Notes under the pieces: generated by a model
What the model was told of the DNA's origin: nothing
The model's database searches: none
What the model saw: the letters and a program-made list of their open reading frames with translations, nothing else
Shown: positions 57,180 through 64,000 of the stretch, piece by piece
How the letters are laid out: every line of letters begins with the position of its first letter
How positions within the stretch are numbered: the stretch's first letter is position 1
Assembly: GCA_016714365.1 (NCBI GenBank)
Contig: JADJNH010000007.1
Coordinates: 531,109-595,108 of the forward strand
From: Candidatus Vicinibacter affinis
GTDB lineage: Bacteria; Bacteroidota; Bacteroidia; Chitinophagales; Saprospiraceae
DNA length: 64,000 nt
Reading direction: 5' to 3'
Translations under genes and position numbers: made by a program

Positions 57180-57384
57180 GCCTAAAAAGTTAATGAAATA
57201 GCTTACGCTCTTCCTGGCGACTAATAGAACAATCACCAAACAAATCTCGATAATTTATAGGATTTTGAACTTTTTCTAATTCAATACTGAATTCGTAATT
57301 GAGTTTAAAGTTAAAAACTTTGATCTTAGGGTGTTGAGGAAAATCAATCTAGATTGTATTAATTTCAATTTAATTCTTGAACAT

Positions 57385-57591
57385 TTATAAACTATCCTCT
57401 TCAATATGAGCGACTTTCAATAAGCTCTTAAGAAGTCCTATTTTAAGTGGATTGTTTCCATGTACAGGAACAGATATTCTGACATTAAAATTAGGTTTTG
57501 AAAAAATAAAATGACTTCCATTAATTCTCTTAAGTATCCAACCATTACTCTCCAGAATTCTACAAAATTCCTTTCCTGAAATTTGCCTCAT
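57385..57591 (-). CDS. hicA: Type II toxin, HicA family
   Basis: 68 aa: ISGKEFCRILESNGWILKRINGSHFIFSKP.....ISVPVHGNNPLKIGLLKSLLKVAHI, a typical HicA/YcfA pattern. Confidence 0.85.
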   Translation of the reverse strand: MRQISGKEFCRILESNGWILKRINGSHFIFSKPNFNVRISVPVHGNNPLKIGLLKSLLKVAHIEEDSL

Positions 57592-57791
57592 ATAGCAATC
57601 TCAAAGATTCTAGCTTTACTGTCGGGCTCCGGCTCTTCAATGTTTACGTTCAGACACCCTTCAACTGCTTCATAGAGATTTAGCAATAATTCATCAAAAG
57701 TTTCACCCTGGGTTACACATCCTGGTATGGAGGGCACTTCTGCCCAATATCCACCCTCTTCCGCTTCATGAACCAATACCTTCAATTTCAT
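57588..57791 (-). CDS. hicB: Type II antitoxin, HicB family (UPF0150 fold), short form
   Basis: 67 aa: MKLKVLVHEAEEGGYWAEVPSIPGCVTQGETFDELLLNLYEAVEGCL. It has a 4-nt ATGA overlap with hicA. Confidence 0.8.
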   Translation of the reverse strand: MKLKVLVHEAEEGGYWAEVPSIPGCVTQGETFDELLLNLYEAVEGCLNVNIEEPEPDSKARIFEIAI

Positions 57792-57997
57792 ATAAACTAT
57801 ATTGTTCCGCTAAAGTACAATTTTTAAGGTAAACATTAAGTATTGCATAACTTGAGCCTATGTATTGGGACTTCTCTAAAAATAATCGAAATCGTCCTCA
57901 TTAACTATTACTTCATTATAATTTCCATTTCGGTGCTGGTATATAGGACAAACTTTTGGTAATTCCGTTTAAAGTTAAAAACTTTTCGATAGTAGGG

Positions 57998-58302
57998 GGA
58001 CTGAGCGGGACGCATTCAACTCACCCCTGCCCCTCTCTTGAAAGAGAGGGGGAGGACTCAGCGGGACGCGTTCAACTCATCCCCGGCCCTTCTCTTAAAG
58101 AGAAGGGAGGAATCTTAAAAGAGAAGGGAGGAAGACTAATCGGGGTGTGTTACTATCTACAAGCTTTAAGCCGGGAGGCTCAAAGCAACCCGATGCTGCC
58201 GGTGGCTCAAAGCAACCGAAAGGGTTGTTTCGTGCGTCCTTGCTTGAAACTGACGGGGGTGGAAAAGGAGGGTGTTGCTTTCCTTTGTAAGCAATACAAG
58301 AG
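57998..58302. repeat. Second copy of the composite A+B repeat block, in direct orientation relative to 56008-56375
   Basis: The block reads ctgagcgggacgcattcaactcacccctgcccctctcttgaaagagaggggg..., then gaagggaggaagactaatcggggtgtgttactatctacaagctttaagccgggaggctcaaagcaac..., then gaaagggttgtttcgtgcgtccttgcttgaaactgacgggggtggaaaaggagggtgttgctttcctttgtaagcaatac. It aligns base-for-base over long stretches with 56225-56375. Confidence 0.85.
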
Positions 58303-58341
58303 CTTTTAATTGCCATTGTCTGATCCATAAAAGGAATTTAC

Positions 58342-59358
58342 TTACTTGTATAAATTGGCATTCGGATTGCCATCGCCGTCAGAATCGAATCCCATCACTT
58401 TCAATCTTATTTTTAAATATCCATTGGCTCCGGTGGTACCGTACTGATCCTCCACCAACATCAAACCATATGCTTCCCGATTTTGCATTTTTGTCTTGAT
58501 GGCAAATACTTTTCCATTTATTTTTGTTCGGCTTTCAAATTTGTCTTTGAAGGCAGGGGTCTGCTTGATCACGGCCAATAATTGATTATTGTTTTGGATT
58601 TTTGCAAACTTGTCCGATGTGAGCGCAGTTAATGCTATCTCACTTTCATTGACTTCTTCCCATAATTTGACCGGTATGTTTGCATCTTTATAATTGCTTC
58701 CCCTGAAATAGTAATTTGCGAAAAGGTCATTTTTTACATATGCCGGAGTCAACAATGCATACATGGGTGCTGATCCATAATAATCCGTTGCGGTAAAAAT
58801 AACATCTACGCTGCCAGTATTTCCGGCTGCGTCCACATCGTCCATAACAAGACCACTCATCATGTCCAGGTAACAACCATATTTTTGGTTGTTTTGATTC
58901 CCCAGATTAGCTGAGCCATCTGTGTTATATGAAGCGGATTCCGGTTCTTCAAATTGTTCCACGGTGGATCCTGTCTCACTTACTTCGGTCGGACTATCTT
59001 CCAATGGCTCTGAAAGATCCAATGGGGGATTTGGCAATTGGGCATCATTTGTATTTACTGTTGCATCATTGTTTTTATTTTTAAAATGAAGTCCGCGGAT
59101 TGGATCAAATATTTTTATAATAGACTTAACATTTTGAACTGTAGCTTTGATCCCTTCCCCGGCCTGCTGGATGTTTTCATTCATAGCTACACTCCCATTC
59201 TGTACTTTCTGACTTTTCTGCTGAATCTTTTCTGTGGCAGATACCGCTTTATCCATTTTTTGTTCGATCTTATTCTGTGCTTGCAGACAATAAATGCTTG
59301 CCACCATAAATGTCATCATTATCATTAACCTGAAATGCAGGTTTGCTAAATTTTTCAT
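58342..59358 (-). CDS. Secreted protein of unknown function
   Basis: 338 aa. It has a signal peptide (LMIMMTFMVASIYCLQAQ), then a Gln/Lys-rich helical segment, an acidic Pro/Ser/Glu linker, and a C-terminal globular part of about 190 aa with no motif I recognise. Confidence 0.6.
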   Translation of the reverse strand: MKNLANLHFRLMIMMTFMVASIYCLQAQNKIEQKMDKAVSATEKIQQKSQKVQNGSVAMNENIQQAGEGIKATVQNVKSIIKIFDPIRGLHFKNKNNDATVNTNDAQLPNPPLDLSEPLEDSPTEVSETGSTVEQFEEPESASYNTDGSANLGNQNNQKYGCYLDMMSGLVMDDVDAAGNTGSVDVIFTATDYYGSAPMYALLTPAYVKNDLFANYYFRGSNYKDANIPVKLWEEVNESEIALTALTSDKFAKIQNNNQLLAVIKQTPAFKDKFESRTKINGKVFAIKTKMQNREAYGLMLVEDQYGTTGANGYLKIRLKVMGFDSDGDGNPNANLYK

Positions 59359-59460
59359 TGGTATAATTTTAAAGTAGGAAATGAATAATAAATTGAATCT
59401 AAATCAGAAGATAGTTTCATCAGATCGATTTACTGACGACATGATAACCTGATCCTTCTA

Positions 59461-59970
59461 TTAATTTGATTTAGGATTTTTGGTCATGGTATTATTGGAC
59501 AAGACAGCATCATCATTGTTTGTATTGCTATCCATACGGATATCCGGATCGTATTCAATGAAAACCATATAATCCGGAGGAAATTCTTTACTGTTTTTAA
59601 ATGCCGGTCTTTCGTAAATAATTTGCAATTCTGAATTGCTGTTCAATTGATTAAATCTCAATTGCTTTACCATTTTTCTGTTTGCAGAGGAATAATTTTC
59701 CCACATCTGGATGTTTTGTTGATTTGCTCCTGATGTGTAATTCTTACCGCCTTTGTTTTTAATGGTGCCGGTAACCCTTAAAATATCGCCGGTGCTTCTT
59801 TTAATGGTTTTAAAAGAAATATCCATTACAGCAGGATCTATGGTATTCAGGTAAATTGCCTTTTGAGTCTCCACTGCTTTGTTTGGCAAGGGTTTAATCC
59901 CGGTGGAAATCTGAGCAAAGATGTATCCGTTAGAAAACAATACTAAAGCGAATATTGCTAAATTTTTCAT
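59461..59970 (-). CDS. Small secreted protein, possibly with a CARDB-like beta-sandwich
   Basis: 169 aa. It has a signal MKNLAIFALVLFSNGYIFAQ. LRVTGTIKNKGGKNYTSG...YDPDIRMDSNTNNDDAVLSNN resembles CARDB-type strands and the C-terminal NN motif (weak). Confidence 0.5.
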   Translation of the reverse strand: MKNLAIFALVLFSNGYIFAQISTGIKPLPNKAVETQKAIYLNTIDPAVMDISFKTIKRSTGDILRVTGTIKNKGGKNYTSGANQQNIQMWENYSSANRKMVKQLRFNQLNSNSELQIIYERPAFKNSKEFPPDYMVFIEYDPDIRMDSNTNNDDAVLSNNTMTKNPKSN

Positions 59971-60044
59971 GATTATAATTTTATGGAAATGAGATAATAT
60001 TTATGAATGAAAATATGCGAATTGAAATTTATTAGATTTTTATA

Positions 60045-61244
60045 TTAACGAATTACAATACTTGCCTCAAAAGGTCGGTTGTTGCCATCAAATCGGACAA
60101 GCGGATCCCCTGCTCCATTATACAATTCTCTTTGATAAGTTCCTTCCTGGGCAAAAACTCTGAATGAATTCACATTCCAATTGTCTCCGCCTATGCCTCC
60201 ACCAAAAGTTGTTTTTAAGACTACACTTTTGATTTGGTCGCATTTCACACTTTTTTGCAATTCAATCGGCACTACCTGGTAATAATGATCGATCCAGCGA
60301 GCACCTTTGTTGATGTTTTCAAATTTTTGCGAAGTGCCATTTTTAAAATTAACTATTGCCTGAACGTTGTCATTTCCTCCTCTTAAATCATCACCACCGG
60401 TAAAAATTTCCAATAATAATTCATGTACAGTTCCATCCTTGCTCAGCACTTGTGACTGGATGGTGGGAGGCACTGATCTGCTGTATTTTTTATCTACGAA
60501 ATAGGTCATCCATTCACAGGAAACATCCTCTATATAATGATAACAATTTCTTGCAACATCCGGAATAAGCGTCATTGTTCGGTTCGGAAAATTAGGATCA
60601 CAAATGAATATTTTAAAGTCTTCTTTAAATTTTCCCAAATCTCCTTTGTAGCGACCTAACTGATATCCAATTGCGATCACCTGATGATGAGAAACTACAC
60701 CGCCACCACCTGCTTTGAAAAGTCCCAGGACTGCTGGTTTGCCGGCGTCAATACTTTCTTTCAATTCCTGTAACCTTCCGCCATTAAATCCCTGAATGCC
60801 CCAATTAAAAAATTCACTGGTTCTCCAACCAAAAGGATTGTTGATTAATTCCGCCCACTTGTCTGCATTGGAAATAATGGATTTCTTTTGTCTGGCTTCA
60901 ATAAAATTAGACAAAGGAGAGCCATTAAATGGTCTGTATGATTGTTGAGGAATCGTTCGTCCTGCGTAGTAATAATCCACCATGGTGTATGCCATACCTC
61001 CACAAGCACCTGCCAGCACAGGACCATTGACCAAAGCAAGTGGTAACTCCCAATGTATGTCATTCACAAATTTAAACCCGTGGACTTCTGGTTTAAACGT
61101 AGTCATTTTTCGATTTAACAGAGCATCCTGTCCTGTAAGAGGAGTGTCCTTTATTTTGGTTGTTATCTTACTTTGTGCGGAACTCACTTGAATTAGTGTA
61201 ATACTAAACAATACCGCCATTGAAAATTGAATGATATTTTTCAT
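60045..61244 (-). CDS. Secreted two-domain protein: a papain-fold-like N-terminal domain and an unassigned C-terminal 'TGGDDLRGG...DNW' module
   Basis: 399 aa with signal MKNIIQFSMAVLFSITLIQVSSAQ. The candidate Cys-His-Asp/Asn triad sits in papain-like contexts: AGACGGMAYT (compare CGSCWAF), SHHQVIAIGY (compare HAV..VGY) and ICDPNFP. The C-terminal ~125 aa are shared with the next gene. Confidence 0.55.
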   Translation of the reverse strand: MKNIIQFSMAVLFSITLIQVSSAQSKITTKIKDTPLTGQDALLNRKMTTFKPEVHGFKFVNDIHWELPLALVNGPVLAGACGGMAYTMVDYYYAGRTIPQQSYRPFNGSPLSNFIEARQKKSIISNADKWAELINNPFGWRTSEFFNWGIQGFNGGRLQELKESIDAGKPAVLGLFKAGGGGVVSHHQVIAIGYQLGRYKGDLGKFKEDFKIFICDPNFPNRTMTLIPDVARNCYHYIEDVSCEWMTYFVDKKYSRSVPPTIQSQVLSKDGTVHELLLEIFTGGDDLRGGNDNVQAIVNFKNGTSQKFENINKGARWIDHYYQVVPIELQKSVKCDQIKSVVLKTTFGGGIGGDNWNVNSFRVFAQEGTYQRELYNGAGDPLVRFDGNNRPFEASIVIR

Positions 61245-61293
61245 GATTTAAAATTTTAATCGTTTATAAATATTGCTTAAAGATTTTTAAAAA

Positions 61294-62013
61294 TTAGTTA
61301 CAGGCTCTGCCGGTTACATTAATTGGGTACCGCTTATTCTCTCCTGTAAATCGAACCAATGGCGCACCATTACCGCGATAAACTACCAATCCATCAGGAT
61401 AAGATCGACTTATGTAGCTTACTTGCAGTTCATTCACATCCCAATTGTCATAATGTTCGAAAATATTTCCTCTATGTTCCGGAAGTCCACTGTGGGATAG
61501 TGCCATATCCAAAATTTGATCTATTCTAACCCCGGGTATAGAAATCGTGAAATCACGACTTGAGTTGGATGCAAGACTACCTCCAGCACCAACCATTCGA
61601 TTTGAACGATTGCCGACACCATTTATACGCCAGTGAAAGATTGCATAGCTTCCACTTCTTAAATCATCTCCTCCGGTCTTAATAGAAATGCGCAGACTTG
61701 CATCTGAAGCATCTATTCTTTTTACCGTAATGGTACATCCCCTGGCACCTAACAATCCAACAGAACCATCCATGTTTCTCCAATACTGACAAAGACCTGT
61801 ACACCCATCCTCATTGGCCATAATCACCAAATATCCACTCGGAATAGTTATAGATCTTACGTTGAATGGTAGTCGTGTTCCATCACCGACAGAGATAGCC
61901 TGTCGAGTACCTCTGTAATTTTGTTCACTGTGAATAATAACCTGACCACTCACCGAACTAAAAATTATGGCGATGATAAAACACATCCCTGAATTCAAAA
62001 TCTTGTTTTTCAT
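61294..62013 (-). CDS. Secreted two-domain protein: a possible beta/gamma-crystallin-like N-terminal domain and the same 'TGGDDLR.G...DNW' C-terminal module
   Basis: 239 aa with signal (MCFIIAIIFSSVSGQ). A Greek-key-like segment is IIHSEQNYRGTRQAISVGDGTRLPFNVRSITIPSGYLVI. The C-terminal blocks are SIKTGGDDLRSG...HYDNWDVNELQV...GNGAPLVRFTGEN. Confidence 0.55.
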   Translation of the reverse strand: MKNKILNSGMCFIIAIIFSSVSGQVIIHSEQNYRGTRQAISVGDGTRLPFNVRSITIPSGYLVIMANEDGCTGLCQYWRNMDGSVGLLGARGCTITVKRIDASDASLRISIKTGGDDLRSGSYAIFHWRINGVGNRSNRMVGAGGSLASNSSRDFTISIPGVRIDQILDMALSHSGLPEHRGNIFEHYDNWDVNELQVSYISRSYPDGLVVYRGNGAPLVRFTGENKRYPINVTGRACN

Positions 62014-62086
62014 AATTTTAATTTTTATATTTTTTTAATGATACAAAGCTAGGATGCCTTAAAATCACGACCTAAAATCAGGCTTC

Positions 62087-62135
62087 ACATGATCATGTCA
62101 AAATATCCATCTGACCATCACATGATGATGTGATG
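62087..62135. promoter_or_regulatory. Two adjacent near-palindromic sites sharing TCACATGAT(C/G)ATG: a candidate response-regulator operator
   Basis: A perfect 12-bp palindrome acatgatcatgt lies at 62087-62098. catcacat-gatg-atgtgatg (8-bp arms) lies at 62116-62135. They sit 74 and 103 bp upstream of the start at 62013. Confidence 0.4.
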
Positions 62136-62278
62136 CACCATTTTAATCTTGCAGATAATATAAAAATTAGTTTATGAGGTAAAAGGAGTAAAGTGTCAGG
62201 AAAATCCGGGTCACTAAAATAAATACGAATAACTTAGATAAGCTGAATATAAGGCTCTCACCTTAAAAAATATTCTAA

Positions 62279-62905
62279 CTACTTATTTGTGATTTTGTAA
62301 ATGGCTTCAGTCGCACTGTTTACCTGTAACTTTTTGTAAATTTTCTTTATATGTGTTCTGATGGTATCAATACTTAGTTCCAATTTGTCTGCAATCATTT
62401 TATAACTGCTCCCCACAACCAGTGCGTTTAAAATTTCATTCTCCCGATCTGTAAGTTGCTCCAAATTTTCTTTCTTCACAGGTACGGGCTTTGCAAATGA
62501 ATTAAGCACCTTTCGTGCAACACTCCCGGTCATAGGAGCTCCACCATTTAAAACATCTTTGATGGAATAAATGATATGTTCAAAATCATTTTTTAATAAA
62601 TAGCCAGTTGCTCCGGCACAAATGGCATTGTAAATATTTTCAGCATCTTCAAAAATGGTCAACATAATAACCGGTATGGCTGAATTATTAGATCGCAATA
62701 AAGTAACCGCTTCTATGCCATTCATCACCGGCATGTCGATATCCATGAGAATAACATCAGGTCTGTACTCATCTATATCCTTTAATACCTCAGAAGGATT
62801 TGGTTTTGCAAGCATAACCTCCATTTCTGTATTCCATTGAAACAACGAACACAAGCTGGATCTTAAATGATCACTGTCCTCATAAATAATAATTCTTACA
62901 GACAT
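62279..62905 (-). CDS. NarL/FixJ (LuxR-type HTH) response regulator
   Basis: 208 aa. The receiver domain has the Asp pocket (IIIYEDSD, VILMDIDMP). The C-terminus is LTDRENEILNALVVGSSYKMIADKLELSIDTIRTHIKKIYKKLQV. Confidence 0.9.
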   Translation of the reverse strand: MSVRIIIYEDSDHLRSSLCSLFQWNTEMEVMLAKPNPSEVLKDIDEYRPDVILMDIDMPVMNGIEAVTLLRSNNSAIPVIMLTIFEDAENIYNAICAGATGYLLKNDFEHIIYSIKDVLNGGAPMTGSVARKVLNSFAKPVPVKKENLEQLTDRENEILNALVVGSSYKMIADKLELSIDTIRTHIKKIYKKLQVNSATEAIYKITNK

Positions 62906-62956
62906 TCATTAAAATTTTTTACAAAGGTAAGTCAATTGACTTCAAACTGAATTGCC

Positions 62957-62969
62957 ATGATCATGTGAT
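62957..62969. promoter_or_regulatory. Third copy of the TCACATGATCATG motif, in the kinase-regulator intergenic junction
   Basis: The plus strand reads atgatcatgtgat and its reverse complement reads atcacatgatcat. It overlaps the kinase stop (62961-62963) and lies about 50 bp upstream of the regulator start at 62905. Confidence 0.4.
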
Positions 62970-64000
62970 AGGGATTTTTAAACACACAAAAGTCCCTTCG
63001 CTACCATGTTGAATTTCAAAACTTCCACCGATAGAGATGGCTCGCTCTTGCATACTTTTAATACCGGTACCTGTACTACCCGGTTTGCCCTTCCACTCCC
63101 CATTATCTGTTATCTCCAACTCATAGCTGGCTTTAGTCTGCTTCCAAATGATGCGTACTGTATCCGCACCTGAATGCTTCACAATGTTGTTGATCACTTC
63201 TTTAAAAATAAGTAAAACCTCTTTACGAGACTGAACGGGAAGAGCCTTGGACAATAATACCTCATCCACATCAAAGAAAACTTTGATATTCTGGGATTCT
63301 AAAACTTTCCCTGCAAACTCTCTCATCCTGGCAGAAAGTGCTTCAATTTTTTCATTGTCGGGTCTGATAGCCCAAACAATATCGCTCATATTTTGCTGTA
63401 CCGTCTTGCTTTGTTGGGTTATTTGATTCAACATCTCCTTTGCTTGCAATGGATCCTTATCAAGTGATTGACTGGATACTAAACTAAGGATATTTATACT
63501 GGTAAGGGTACTGCCAATTTCATCGTGCAAATCCTTTGCAATATTGTTTCGAATTTTCAGCAGGCTATTCTGTTGAGCAATTTTTCTTTTTAACTGATAT
63601 CTGTTGAATAATAAGAAGCCCAGCACCAAGGAAATAAAAATAGAACCTATCAAAACTTGACTTAATATTCGTTGACGCTGAATTTGTCTTTCATTGAGAA
63701 GTTTATCCTGCTCCAAAATTTTTACATTCTGATTGGTCAATTTAAGTAATCGTTCATTAGATTGATTAATTAACTCTTGTTTTGCTTTTTCAGATTCAAT
63801 TTTCTGGTATCTGCCTAACTGCAATTCCTGGTCTTGCTTTAACAAGGTAATTTCCTGCTGACCCTTAATATTTAGCAACGTGCCAATTTGTATAAGTTTA
63901 TTTTGCTTGTCCAATTCCAGTTCTCTTTGCTTTTGCTCTGCACTTAATTTGGCTAATTGCAGGTCCTTTTTTTCAGTTTCGTATTTTAATTTAAGATCTT
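62961..64000 (-). CDS. Sensor histidine kinase (HisKA_3 + HATPase_c), 5'-partial and continuing beyond the window end
   Basis: The H-box is DLHDEIGSTLTSI (HisKA_3 type). The ATPase blocks are EVINNIVKHSGA and GTGIKSMQERA. One TM segment (ILSQVLIGSIFISLVLGFLLF) is preceded by a coiled coil. The frame remains open upstream of the track's TTG start, from 63915 to 64000 (DLKLKYETEKKDLQLAKLSAEQKQRELE). Confidence 0.88.
   Translation of the reverse strand, partial: DLKLKYETEKKDLQLAKLSAEQKQRELELDKQNKLIQIGTLLNIKGQQEITLLKQDQELQLGRYQKIESEKAKQELINQSNERLLKLTNQNVKILEQDKLLNERQIQRQRILSQVLIGSIFISLVLGFLLFNRYQLKRKIAQQNSLLKIRNNIAKDLHDEIGSTLTSINILSLVSSQSLDKDPLQAKEMLNQITQQSKTVQQNMSDIVWAIRPDNEKIEALSARMREFAGKVLESQNIKVFFDVDEVLLSKALPVQSRKEVLLIFKEVINNIVKHSGADTVRIIWKQTKASYELEITDNGEWKGKPGSTGTGIKSMQERAISIGGSFEIQHGSEGTFVCLKIPIT

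Noticed and set aside
57186-57340. A ~48-codon open frame on the minus strand between yoeB and hicA (..QHPKIKVFNFKLNYEFSIELEKVQNPINYRDLFGDCSISRQEERKLFH*)
   Set aside because: It has no ATG, GTG or TTG start after the preceding in-frame TAG, and no recognisable family. It overlaps the 19-bp direct repeat, so it is more likely cassette-boundary sequence or a gene relic.
1-64000. tRNA, rRNA, tmRNA, RNase P or other housekeeping RNA genes
   Set aside because: I scanned the intergenic regions by eye for cloverleaf-like acceptor/T-arm pairs and for conserved RNase P or tmRNA blocks and found none. This is not exhaustive without tRNAscan or Infernal.

Overview
This is a Bacteroidota-type chromosomal segment. 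The evidence is T9SS C-terminal sorting domains, TAnnTTTG-like -7 boxes and a GYDIA-type GHMP kinase. No rRNA, tRNA or CRISPR array was recognised.

Layout:
- 1-13 kb holds mostly housekeeping genes: an M43-like secreted metallopeptidase interrupted by an in-frame TAG, a lipoprotein, a SAM methyltransferase, a TauE/SafE permease, methylmalonyl-CoA epimerase, an FNR-like reductase, a GYDIA-type GHMP kinase, a polyprenyl synthase, purQ and a DsbD-like reductase.
- 13-14.2 kb is an ORF-poor gap containing a long palindromic element.
- 14.3-55.6 kb is dominated by two giant minus-strand ORFs of 6356 aa and 6497 aa. Both have an N-terminal signal peptide and a T9SS (Por) C-terminal sorting domain. 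Both are built from internally duplicated modules: 3.3 copies of a 1.77-kb super-repeat in the first; 15 x 246-bp HYR units and 5 x 288-bp units in the second.
- Between the two giant genes lie two fasciclin-like lipoprotein genes, a 5-copy ~74-bp hairpin tandem array and a DUF559 (Vsr-like) endonuclease gene embedded in the same repeat family.
- 56-58.3 kb carries composite direct repeats that bracket two type II TA modules (yefM-yoeB and hicB-hicA).
- 58.3-64 kb encodes four secreted proteins of unknown function downstream of a NarL/LuxR-type two-component system. Two of them share an unassigned C-terminal module. A near-palindromic TCACATGAT(C/G)ATG motif recurs in front of the regulator gene and in front of the secreted-protein genes.

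All functional calls rest on motifs read by eye. No database search was run.
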